Below, piece by piece: positions 22,179 to 33,460 of a stretch of DNA of 64,000 nt. Position numbers and translations under genes: made by a program. The stretch lies in assembly GCA_965240325.2 (NCBI GenBank), contig OZ251236.1, positions 1,240,001-1,304,000 of the forward strand. Direction: 5' to 3'. Below the pieces are notes generated by a model that saw only the letters and a program-made list of their open reading frames with translations, was not told the DNA's origin and ran no database searches. How positions within the stretch are numbered: position 1 is the stretch's first letter; each line of letters starts with the position of its first letter. This DNA comes from Rebecca billardiae RCC1528. Its lineage: Eukaryota > Protista > Haptophyta.

Positions 22179-23187
22179 AGGCTTGCGGGTTTTAGACTCT
22201 AGATACCAACCGCCGCGAAGCCAAGTTCATATTCATCAAGGCGGAGGCAAACTATCACACATGAACGAGAGTCTACCCACAAAATTTACATTGCGTTAAT
22301 CTGAGGTGGGCCGAAACGAGTGTTTGGCAGACGTCGAGGAAAAAACATGGCCGCCCCTGATTGGCTGAGGCTTTAACACCCTTCAATAGCGCTCGAGAGC
22401 GCAAGATTCCCGTAATAGGGAGGTCCGCAGGGACTCTTCAATCTTCCCATCGTCGCGCTTCGAGGACCAGCTCCAGCTCCGCCAGTTCCGACCGAGCCAC
22501 CGAGGGGAGGTGAAGCTGGCGCCCTGGCCTTTCCCGGTCGAACACCTGCTCGCTACTACAGCTCGGGCTGCGGTCCGAACACGGCGTGGCAGAATGGCGC
22601 CAAGCAGTAAGGTGATGGACGCGGCTGGGCGTTGACCGTTGCCCAAGACCAGCGGGTGCTGCGCGGTAAATTGCTCGTGCGCGGCGGGCCGGTCAGTTGG
22701 AGTCCGCGCTCCGCAGCGCGGAGCACGTGAAGCGAACAGAGTGTCCGCAGCCACAGATGCGGTGGTCAGCTCATGCAGGTTCGTGATCAACCAGTTCTCG
22801 CGCGGCCATCAACACCGCCACGCCCTGCCCCTGATCATCTCGTCGCTCGAGAACCCGCGCGAGCGGGAAATGGATGGGTCGGGCATGGCGGGCATCGAGT
22901 CCTACCTCTTCTTGCAGTGCTCCCTGCAGCCGCAGTCACTGCTCGACAGCATGGGTGGTGCAGTCAGGTCGGGAGCACCGTCAGAGCCCATTGCCTTGCC
23001 AAGGCTGGTGTACTTTGACCGAAGCCACTTCTGCGCGGAGGCGGCTGGTGACGCCATCATTGCCAAGCGCGCCGGCCGCGAGTCACATTCAACACCGACG
23101 ACGAGGCGAGGCGCGGAAGAAGCTGCGGTGGCTGCTGCTGTACAGGTCCGGGGTGCCCAAGACTAGGGCGATAACGGCCATCCCACG

Positions 23188-23374
23188 GTGCTGCCCGGTG
23201 AGAACGTGCTCCGATGATCATCCGATGATCATAGTGTCTGTGCGCCGCGCCGACAGGCACCACCGCCGCGGCACTATTCTCGTGCAGTGCTGCCCGGCGG
23301 TGAGAACGTGCTCTGATAATCATGATAGCAGTCTGCGTCTGTGCGCCGCCGGGCACCGCCACTTTTCCCGTGCA
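23188..23374. repeat. ~99-bp degenerate tandem duplication
   Basis: GTGCTGCCCGG(CGG)TGAGAACGTGCTC at 23188 and 23287, with collinear downstream blocks. Confidence 0.85.
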
Positions 23375-23653
23375 GCGTCGAGCTAGTGGTTTTTAGATCC
23401 GTGCGCCCACGACGTAGTGCGCTGGCGTCGGGCTCCGCGCGACGGCCACGGCTGCCAGCCTGAGGCACCCAGAATAGCGGGCTCATCCGATTCGATCCTC
23501 ACTCATACGTCTCATCGGAGTCACTTCGATCTTCCGTTTCAATCACCATGCATGCCGTAGTCGTATAGTCGTGTATATTCCTGACAGGCTCATCAGCGCC
23601 TGCGGCCCTACGGTTTAAAAGTGAATAATATCGTACGTAGTACTGGGGCAGGG

Positions 23654-23773
23654 CACCCGGCGCGGAGTGACTCGGCGCGTGTGCCGTGACCGGCGGCGGC
23701 CCGCGGCGTCACGGCGTGCCTCACCCGGCGCGCGTGCCGACCGGCGGCGGCCCGCGGCGTCACGGCGTGCCTC
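23654..23773. repeat. 51-bp-period tandem duplication with a perfect 35-bp core
   Basis: GACCGGCGGCGGCCCGCGGCGTCACGGCGTGCCTC at 23688-23722 and 23739-23773. Confidence 0.9.
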
Positions 23774-25663
23774 GCATGGCATCAGATTCAGACAGCAGCA
23801 GACTAAATACGGTGACTCTGCTGCAGTGTAAGGCGGTTCTCCGCCACGCTGATCGAGTGATCGAGCACGTGCTTGCTTCCCGGCGAGCGGCGCGGCGGCG
23901 GCGACGTGATCATAATCACATCACAGTGTCTAGTGTCAGCAGCTATACTGATGACGATTACTGTCGTCTCGTCATACTGTAGTACTACGCAGCTCGTCAG
24001 TCAACGCCTGCTGGCGGCTCGTCAGTCGACGCCTGCTGGCGGCGCTCACCACGACTCACACCAGGCTTACTCACGACGATTGGCATCAGCATAGTAGATC
24101 AATCATGCAGCGTCGGAGTTCGTCACTACGTCGACGCGGCCGGGGACTCGGACAGCCGCCATAACTACATTGTTGTTAGACTTACTCGGCGGAGTCAGAG
24201 TCGTCGGAGACTAAAGTTACGGCGGCCGGACGCACTCATCATCAGTGTCGATCGACAATTGACGACATCCCGGACCATATCAACGGCGCGGCCCGCGCGG
24301 GCAGCACGGTCTGACTAAAGAGGTCATCGTCATCAGACTCAGCAGCCTCGGACGGCATGACGCAGTAGACGGCCACGGGGACGCCGCGGCCGCGCTGATG
24401 CTGCAAGTAGCGTATATGTGATGATGTAGAAAACGAGCCGTTGCGCTCGTCAAAAGTCCGAGGGCGAGGCCACCGCGCCCGCGGGACCGGCGTCGACCGC
24501 AGATCAGGTGTCGTCGGACAGCTGACTGACGGCGGCGGCGTGGCCGGCGCAGGCGTCGCCCGGCCGCGGCCTTGGCCCGCGCAGTCATTGACGGCACTCG
24601 GTCCCGTGGCATCCGAAGGCAGTGTCACAGACCATGATGGCGGCATACATCCGCGAGTCACACCCGCGGCCCCGCCGCCGTCCGCGTCCGCGCGCCGATG
24701 ATGGCGGTCTGGCCGCGCGCGACACGGTCGTTCTTCTCCGGCGGATCCCAATCATGCTGCGGTGGAGGCGGCGACGGAGGCGGTTCGAAGCCGCGTCTGC
24801 CAGCGTGGAAGCGCGGGGCGGCGCTGCGGCAGAATGTGGCTGCGCCACTCCAGCTGCCGCCCAATGCGCCGTGGATATGCACGCGCGCTCCTCATGTGCG
24901 CAGTCGCGGGCGAGGCTCACCGCCGAGCCGGGTAAGCACCCTCCGCCTACTTGACTGTCGGCCTGTCGACATGCTCTGCACGAGGACCCCGCGCCTTGCG
25001 CGCAGATGGCCAGCAGGCACACCGTTCCATCACCGATCACGGCGCCGCTGCTTGAGCGGCGAGCGCGAGCGCGACCGACAGCGCCGGCGCGCCGGGCCTG
25101 CGCCGTTCTGATTTCGCATGCAGCGCATGCGCTGCCACCAGCGAGGCCGTGGCGGGCTGCGATTGCCGCGCTCCAGCCGCCGCTGCACGCGGCACGGATG
25201 GCACAGCACGTGCCTCCACATAGTGGTCGTGGCTGACGGTATAGCCGCCTCGTCGGCCTGTGCGGCTGTGGCGTCGGCGTCCTCAAGTCCGCCTGCCGCA
25301 GTCGGCCTGCAGCAGCGGGCAGCGGAGAGGGTGTGGTGCAGCGCAGCGGTGACCGAGACGGAGAGGGCCACGCAGCCGGGCGCAGATAAGCATGGGTTGG
25401 ACGCTCCCTTCGCCACGCTCATGAACGACGACCTGCAACATCATCCCGCTGGCACTCAACGCCATCGAGGAAGCGTGAGCGCTCTCGTCTGACGAAATCG
25501 CGCAAAAGTGTTCCTCTGATACGCCGGACTCGTCGTCGCCCCCCGGCGTCCTCCCTGCAGGATCATAGGGCTTTGGACGTGTGTGCCTTTGGCCTCTGCT
25601 TCGCTGACATGATTAGTGCTTTCGCGAGACTCTGATTCCAATCTGCTCAGTTTTCATTGTCTT

Positions 25664-26040
25664 TCATGGGACTTTACTCAAAATGTGGGTGACATGGTTC
25701 ACTCGTTTCGGCCAATGGGAGCACTGCTTTCGTGATTTTCGAGAGCCTCCCTTTTTCGCGAACACTCGTTTCGCCCCACAAGAAATTAACGCAATGCCCA
25801 GCCTGGCACACGCTTGGGCGTGGGTTTCGTTGATTCCTCTGTTCACTATTCAAGACGGCGGCCGCGTCCTTTTTCGACGCTAATGCACCTGTAAGGGAGT
25901 CTCAAAATCGAAACTCGGTCTCCTCCAGCCCTAAAAAATCGCCCCCCGTCCCTTTTTTCTTGATCAAAGATCTTTTTGAAACGTGGTTCGGGCCCGCTGG
26001 TGCGGGCTCCACGCTGCGCGCTCCGCCCTGCACCGCGGGC
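25664..26040. mobile_element. AT-rich transposon-like remnant related to the 22.1-22.4 kb segment
   Basis: CACTCGTTTCGGCC (25700-25713) and a 31/36 match (25761-25796) to the reverse complement of 22289-22324; T/A tracts; no ORF. Boundaries approximate. Confidence 0.45.
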
Positions 26041-26204
26041 CATTATATATAAGCTGCTATATCATGGATGATTCGTCATAGTATTGCGATGTAACTTCAC
26101 GACGCGCGGCCGATAATTCGCGGAAGCCTGGCTAGACAACTAGCCGTCAGTGCTAAGTCAGTCACACGGTCATTGGCGTCTGTAGGCTGCCACCGGCACA
26201 GGGC

Positions 26205-27392
26205 TCAGTCAGACTCGGACGCTTTCGCGGCGAACGCCTCCTTCTTGTCCTTGGAACCAAACACGGACGTGTACGGGTCATACTCCTGCCCCTCTTTCGC
26301 GACACGCTCATAGTGCTCACGCAGCGTCGTCTTGCCGTACCGCTCTGCGGGGTCGGTCGTGAGCATGTCCTCGAGCGCGTAGTACCGGCCGATGCGGCCG
26401 AGTTCCGCCGCGTCCTCGAGCTGCTCGCTCTTCAGCAGGTCGGCCAGACCCTGCAGCCCGTTGATGATGAAGTCGAACAGGCCGATCGGCACGCCGAGCA
26501 GCTTCGGCTTCTCCTTGCCGAGGATCTCGGCGATGAGCTTGCCCTGTCCGACCATCGAGAGCCCTTCGTCCGGGCCGCCGATGTTCCACACGGCGTTCTT
26601 CTTCGCCGGGTCGGCGATCGTGTCGATGATGGCTGACGCCAGGTCAGGCTCAGAGATTGGGTTGCAGGTGGCACTCTTGCCCTCGCCGAGGTCGAAGTAG
26701 ACGAACGGGCCGCCCGAGTCGACGACCTCGACCTGGCCGCTCACGGACTTGAAGAAAGCGGTCGGGCGCACGATCGAGTAGCTCACGTCCGACTGCGCGC
26801 GCAGCTTCTCCTCCATCTCCTTCTTCGCGTACTGGAACTGCAGCGCGTACGAGTGGCCGAGCTCGGCCGAGCGCACGCAGTACGCGGAGAGCAGGACGAA
26901 GTGGCGCGCGCCCGCCTCGCGCGCAGCCTCGAGGCAGTTGAGCGTGGCCTGGTAGTCGATCGCGTAGCTGTCCTTCTTCGTGCCGGACCGGCTGGCGAGG
27001 CAGCTGACCACCACGTCCACGGTGCCAGGCCCGAACGGCGCGCCCTCGCGCGTGAGCGACGGCCGGTCGCACACGTCCGCCCCAACGACCGAGGCACCCT
27101 CGAACTTGGGCTCGCCACTCGCCCGCGCAACGTCACGCACAACGGCGGTCGTAGGGTACCCCCGCCGCACCGACTCCTGCACCACCGCCTTGCCAATGTA
27201 CCCAGTGGCGCCCACCACGACCACGCGCTCCCCCGTGCACGACTCGCCCGGGACGAAGGCGGATGCGCGGACGGATGACGCTCGTGGCGCGACGACACGC
27301 CTCGAGGACGGGTGGCCGCTGACGGGCGTGAAGCCCGCAGCGCGCGGGACGCCGAGCGCGAGTGCGACGAGCGCTGCGACAGGAGCGCGCAT
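26205..27392 (-). CDS. DVR: NADPH-dependent 3,8-divinyl (proto)chlorophyllide a 8-vinyl reductase, plastid-targeted
   Basis: Bipartite leader [14 protein letters not shown]...AAG|F; motifs [68 protein letters not shown]. Confidence 0.92.
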   Translation of the reverse strand: MRAPVAALVALALGVPRAAGFTPVSGHPSSRRVVAPRASSVRASAFVPGESCTGERVVVVGATGYIGKAVVQESVRRGYPTTAVVRDVARASGEPKFEGASVVGADVCDRPSLTREGAPFGPGTVDVVVSCLASRSGTKKDSYAIDYQATLNCLEAAREAGARHFVLLSAYCVRSAELGHSYALQFQYAKKEMEEKLRAQSDVSYSIVRPTAFFKSVSGQVEVVDSGGPFVYFDLGEGKSATCNPISEPDLASAIIDTIADPAKKNAVWNIGGPDEGLSMVGQGKLIAEILGKEKPKLLGVPIGLFDFIINGLQGLADLLKSEQLEDAAELGRIGRYYALEDMLTTDPAERYGKTTLREHYERVAKEGQEYDPYTSVFGSKDKKEAFAAKASESD

Positions 27393-27594
27393 GTCCCGCC
27401 GCGTCGTCGTCACTGATGCGTACAGAAATACGACGTGCGGCGGTGCGGGTAATCGGTCATTAGCGTCGGTATTTGCCGATTCATCTTCTCGTCGCTGGCG
27501 AGCGACTGGCGAGCCGGAGGCGGACCAGACGCGCCAGCCAGCAACGTGTCGGGACGCGCCGTGCCGGTGGATCTCGCGGCCGTGCATCGGGTGC

Positions 27595-28053
27595 ATGCAG
27601 CTGACGATGCTCCTCGCGCTCATGCCGCGTGCAGCCATGCCATCGGCGTCCCGAACGCTCATGAGTACGAGGAGACCGGCGTTCGGCGCGATGGCGGCGA
27701 ACCCATCGGCTGTGCGCATGCTTTCCTTTGCTCCGCCTCCTGCGTATGACATTGCTGACGTGCTTGACGAGGTCAAGGCCGGCGAGGCGCAGCTGATCGA
27801 CGTGCGTGAACGCCATGAGTGGGCTGCAGGCCATCTGGAGGATGCGCACCTAGCCCCCCTCTCCGAGCTGCAGCAGGGCATCTTGGCCGCAGCCGTGGAC
27901 CAGGACGCAAAGCTGTACGTGCACTGCGCGGCCGGCGTGCGCGTGCATGCGGCAGCGCCGCTGCTGCGCTCGCTCGGCTGTGGCGAGGTCATTCCCTTGC
28001 AGGAAGGATTCGCATCGCTGCTGCAGCTAGGCATGCCCATGGCAAAGGAGTGA
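27595..28053 (+). CDS. Single-domain rhodanese-like protein, probably organelle-targeted
   Basis: [18 protein letters not shown] and catalytic loop YVHCAAGVR; N-terminal transit-like leader. Confidence 0.85.
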   Translation: MQLTMLLALMPRAAMPSASRTLMSTRRPAFGAMAANPSAVRMLSFAPPPAYDIADVLDEVKAGEAQLIDVRERHEWAAGHLEDAHLAPLSELQQGILAAAVDQDAKLYVHCAAGVRVHAAAPLLRSLGCGEVIPLQEGFASLLQLGMPMAKE

Positions 28054-29317
28054 CAGCCCCGAGCCCCTGCCGACACACTGTGTGGTGATGACTGTCAGGG
28101 CGGTGTTACGAGTGTCATTCGTCAGAGGACTCAGTCACTCATAGGCTCAGAGCGGAGAGCCGCGCAGCGGCAGCACCGAGGCTCCGAGCACGGCTCGCTC
28201 TCAGCGGCGGACGCATCAGATTACATGCATCGCAGCGCACTGCCGCACTACCGCGTTCATCTTCATGACTTCATCCCGCGCGCCGGGGCTCGCGGCTTCG
28301 GTCAGACCGTCACCGATGAATGTCCGATGGGCGACAGACGGGTCACAGCGGACCGATGGCGATAGGCGATATATGAACGACGTGGTCAGTATGCAACGGG
28401 CAGGCGTCAGAGTCAGCAAGCTGTAGCAGCAGATCGAGCAGCAGAGACAAACACCGCCAGGGGCAGGATCAGCGCTCCTCGCCGTCGTCGGCGCCCCCCC
28501 TCGTAGTCGCCCATCACTCCATCGCCGAGCGGAAGCTCGCTCGACGTACCGTCTCACGGGCGTCTGGCGTCGCGGTCGACGCGCGCGCGCCGGGCCGCGC
28601 GCGCGGCGCCACCGCGGTGGTCGCAGTGCCACGCGTCGTCAGCCGTCGTCTCGAAGTAGTCACCGATAATCGATATGATGACTGCGCTCATCATTAATAA
28701 GTCATTTATATATATTATATTTTACATATGCTACTGCATTATTATTATGATTATTTAAGTTTAACTGAGACTCTGACGATTATTGTAGTACTATGCCATT
28801 GATGATCGACTTACATTACTGATTACATAGTCACATAGTGATAATCAATTATAAATCAATAATGATTAATGAGCAGTCGACGCCGACTACTTTAAAGCTC
28901 TGTCGTGAGTCACCGGTCTGCATGATCGATATCTGACATCTGCAGTGAGTCTGGGTGGTCCCATAATATGAGTGATCGCCGCCGCGCCCGCTGGCCGGCG
29001 GCCAGGCCCAGAGCCGAGAGCGCCAGCGCCGCCGCGCCGCCACTACTCGTCCGTCGTCGTACCGTCCGGGAACGCGCCCGGAAGCTCTGAGATTGAGAAA
29101 CAAGTCTCATCAACCACGTCGTGCCGGATGGCCGATCCCGGTCCGCCGCGACAAGCGACGTACATCGTGATCGCGTCGTTGAATGCCATGAACAGCCGAA
29201 GGGAGCCCGCCGCCACAGCTGGCGGCGTTCCGCGTCGTCGTTGACCGTGCCCGTTGGTTGACGACGCTGCTTGACTCCTTGCGTCTGCGCAGACATGAGA
29301 CGGTCACTTGTCACCGA

Positions 29318-31070
29318 TCAGTACGCGAAGCCAGAGTTGGCCTCGCGCTTGGGCTCGTGCCGCGTGAAGTTGGACGGCTTCTGGTTGCGGCCGATGTGCG
29401 CGTTGATTTCCTGGGCAGGCACGGCCGAGAGGTACCGGCCGTACGAGTTGGCGCTCGTCGCCCACATGGCGCTCTTGCTCTCGATGGGGGCGCGCGAGCC
29501 CGGCACGCGGCGCATGACCACGCCGTCGTCCTCGTCGTGCTGCGCGTAGGGAGCGCTCGCGCGGGGCTGCTGCTGCGGCTGCTGCGGGGGCGGCGCGAAG
29601 CGTGCCTCGGGCAGACCATTCTGAGGCAGGCCTCCGCCATCGATGCGCATGCGCTCGAGCGCATCCGTTGGCGGCCCGCCGTTCTGAGCATGGCTGCCGG
29701 GGGCCGGGGCGTGCCGGTGGCCAGCCGACGGCGCGCGCGGCGGCGACGAGCCGCGCTGGAGGGCGGCGGCTCGTGCGGCCTGCTCGTAGGCCTCGCGCTC
29801 TGGCGGCATCGGCGGCTGCGCTGCCGCGCTTGGGTGTGCGTGCACATGCTCGGGCTCGTCGTAGCTGGGCATGTGGAAGCGCGGCCGTGCGCCGAGCTCG
29901 GCCCTCGCCAGCTCGGCGTCATCCGCCGGCTGCGACGGCGCAGGGCGCGCCACCTCGGGCGCCGGCTTGGGCGCGGCTCCCTGGCCGTCCTCGCGCATGA
30001 GGCAGCCCATGAAGTCATCAAAATTGGGAAAACCCGACGGATCGACGTCGCAGCGCGCCAGCAGCTCGGAGAAGCCGGCCACGGACATGAGCAGACCCTG
30101 CCGGGGCGAGGCAGCCACGGGCGGCGGGGCGGCGGGGCGCGCGCGCACACCGGTCAGGGGTGAGGACGAGGGCGTGTGCGGCGCGCGGGGCCAGGCGGAG
30201 GGAGACGGGCTGCGCCACGCGCGCACGCACCTGCTTCCGCAGTGCGTCCGCCACCTGCGAGATCTCGCCGATCATGCCGTCCTTGTCCCGCGGCAGCGCG
30301 CGCACCTCGCGCGCAATCGCGGCGTGCTTGGCAGCGAGCTCCTGCACGTGCGCGTCGCCGTGCATGTGCTGGTCGAGCGCGTCGGGTACGGCGGCGGGCG
30401 GCGGCGCACGCGCATGCGCGTGCGCGCCACCGATCGAGCCGACGCCGTCGCGCACGCCCACGCTGCTCGGCGGTCCGACGCTGTGTGCGCGCGGTGCTGG
30501 CGCGGCGGCGGCGGCGGCCGACGGCGCCGGCATCCGAAGCTGGTACTGGGAGTAGTCGACGGGGCCGCGCCGCTTGCCGCGGGCGCTGGTCGGCTGGCTC
30601 TGCGCGCTGGCGTCTGCGCCGCCGAAGAGCAGGCTGCCCATGTTGCCCTCACGCCGCGAATGCTGCCCCGCCACCGGGCCAGCCTCGGGAGCCGACATGG
30701 GAACGTCGCGCTGCGGGCCAGGCCCGAGGCCGCGCGCGCGGAGACTGCTCACGCCGACGAGCTTCTGCTGGGGCGCGTCATCGGACGGGCCGGCCAGCAA
30801 GTCGGCGGTGTCGGCGCGACCGCGCACGGGGCGCCGGCCCGTCGCAGGTTGATCGGCAGCCGAGCCGCGGTCGCCGAGGAACGGATGGTTGCTTGAGGTC
30901 ACGTTGCGGTGATGGGGGTTGTGCGGCGCGGCACTCGCCGACTGCTCGCCTGGGAACAGGACGTTGGCCATGTTGTCGCGCTGATTGTCATACCGCAGGC
31001 TGCGCGTCTCGCCCCCCGCGGCGCGCGCGCCGTGCGGAAACATCGGCGCGTTGCCCCCGAGCGGCGGCAT
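29318..31070 (-). CDS. Hypothetical protein with degenerate EF-hand pair and C-terminal PIERCE/DUF4490-like motif (intron 30098-30230)
   Basis: A GT-AG phase-0 intron joins RDKDGMIG...ALRKQ to GLLMS...CDVDPSGFPNFDDF. C-terminus is MWATSANSYG...KPSNFTRH...NSGF. Confidence 0.6.
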
Positions 31071-33460
31071 GATGGCCCACGCTTCCGTCAACTGCCGATG
31101 AGCCCGAGCGGGAGCGTTCAAAGGCGAAGATCTGTACAGTGGTGCTCAAGGCGGACGGTCCGGTCGGCGGCGGTCCGGATCACGAAACGTGAACGACTGC
31201 TGACGAGACTCAAAAGGTGTCGTCGCGGTCGCGAAAGGGCGCGCGCGCGCAGTGCACCAGCCGCCGCTTCGCAGCTTCGCGCTCGCTGGTCGGTTCCGCT
31301 TGCAGCGCCTGCCCTCCTCCGCGACGCAGCACCTCAGGCGGGCACCAGGTGTGCACGTGGCGCATCTCACCATGATGTACGCGGCGTGTGTGTTCCAGCC
31401 CGCGGTGGCTGGCGTCATCGCCGACGCGGCAGCCGCGGCACCCGCGACGAGGAGAACTCTTGGCGTTGCCATCGCGCAGCTGGAGGAGCGGTCGGTGAGC
31501 AAAGGCGCGTGCAGACCAGTCAGCACCGCGTCGCCGCTGCGGCGGTTGCGTGCATCTGGCGCAACTGCGAGTGAGCCCAACGAGCAGCACGCCCGTGACT
31601 CAAGACGCGACAGCTGACCTCGTGTGCACCATGTGCTGGATTCGTGGTGGTGGCGCCGAGCGCTCCACGTGCTGCCGAACAGCTCTGCTGACTGTACAAC
31701 ACCTGCCTGGGTACGTGCCCAGGGGCTGAAGCGAGTCCTCTTCCAGCCTCATCTCCAACATCAGATTCGAGGATGGGACTCGTGACTGCGCAGGGCTCTG
31801 CAGCAGCACGACCCGTCACGCTAGTGCTTCGAGCGCTCGACCACTGGGAGTTCTCACTTTCTCCAGTCTCGGTTCTGCTGCTGCTAGCATGACTGCAGGG
31901 CGTGTTGGCAGCAGCACTCGATGCGGCGACGCTCTCGACTCGTCCGCAGCGGTGCTGCGCCACACAGTTCCCTGCTGTACACCACGCACGTGTTCCGCCC
32001 GGAGCATAACTACCGTCACGCCCACGGCCCAGCGAGTCTGACGGAGTGGGCTCGGGCCCGATCCGTCGCGGTCCGTCGGCGTCGGCGTCAGCCAGTACTT
32101 AGCAGTCACTACTCATTGAGGCCCGTCCGTCCACTGACCGGTGGTCCGTGGTGCCTGGTGGCCGTGGACAGAGGCCGTGGTGCCCTCAGCCCTGCTGGCC
32201 GGCCGTCAGCCCCGTACTCGGCTACGTACTATTACCAGCCGCACCCGTGTCCCGTCGGCCGACCGGACTCGGAGGCGCCTGAGGCGGGCGCTCCGCGCTG
32301 GCGCACGCGCGCGACCGCGGCCATCGGCTCCGAGACGGTGCCGTCGTTCTCAGCCACTCGAGGACAACATCGTCGCCCGGACGGAGCTCGAGGCCGCGCC
32401 ACTTGAGGCACCCGAATGATGTGCGGCTTCTCCCCATCCCCCGCGCGCGTGATGAGCTCGGCCTTTCCGCCCGCTGGGGCCGGCGGGAGTGCGGCCGGAG
32501 ACCGAGATCGGCGGAGGCGCCTCACCATCGCCCCCGCTGGTGTTCCCGGCCGGCCGGGCTGTAGAGCCGCAGCGGCGGACCGACTCCCGAGCCAGGCTCG
32601 GAACGCAACCCACGCCTTGTCCGCAAGCAACCTAGTCATTCAGGGCCATCAGGGCTCAGGCTGATGAATCGGAGTGAGTGGCCGTGTACTGTTACTGTAC
32701 GTCAGACCCGCGTGACGGGCGGCCGCTCGGACTCGGACTCACTGAGTCGGAGGCAGTCGGACCGGATGTCCGGCCGACCCGGCGCAGCCGACCGAGACTG
32801 GCGAGAGTCCGACATGTGCTCTCAGTGACTCTGTCTCTGACTCTGTCTCTGACTGTCACTGAGTCACTGCTAAGAGTGAGACACGCAGACCTATATAGTT
32901 ATTAGTCACTATGACATTTAGACGACAGTCAATGATTATGATGAGACAGATGAGAGTCAGTCTCGGTGACTCTGATTAGAGACTCGCGGCAATACTCTCA
33001 CTCTGTCGTCAGCCTCATGGTCATCGCACCCGCACGGCCTCACGGGCTCGGCTGCTCGGACCGGGTCCGGGTGCCGCAGCCCGCGCCCGGCGCAGGCGCA
33101 CTCTGTGACACACTCAGCACTGCTCCGGACGACGGAGTCCCGGGCCCGGCCCGGCGGCCCGCGCCGCGCGTCACTGACTCTCGTCTCCGTCCCCGCCACC
33201 CAGACCCAGTCGACAGATGCCAGTCACCCCTGCTGCTCAAGTCCAAGACGCGCTCCGGTACAGACGGTAGCCCTATATGGCTAGCTACAGGGCCGCCGTT
33301 ACGGGCCCTCGAACGTTACTGAGCGGGCTCCCAGGACTCGTCGGGACTCGAAGCCCGAGGGCAAGGTCCGATGGGCCTCCGTGGCCTCGGGCACGGCAGC
33401 GACGCAGCGTCACTGACCGCCCCCGCCGTCACATGAGCCCTCCTCAGGCTCAGCGTCGCA

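Noticed and set aside
24739-24802. tRNA-like element (GCGG-TTCGAAG-CCGC with a possible acceptor stem)
   Set aside because: Too short between acceptor and T arm; no credible D or anticodon arms.
24240-25640. Several overlapping 60-230 aa ORFs
   Set aside because: No consistent codon bias, motif or splice model; possibly a pseudogene but unsupported.
26205-28076. Apparent 623-aa DVR with a long N-terminus
   Set aside because: The extension is the antisense of the rhodanese gene; the signal peptide begins at 27392.
31146-33400. Short ORFs between the PIERCE-like and TTLL genes
   Set aside because: No recognisable protein or convincing exon structure; the distal part has scrambled-spacer texture.
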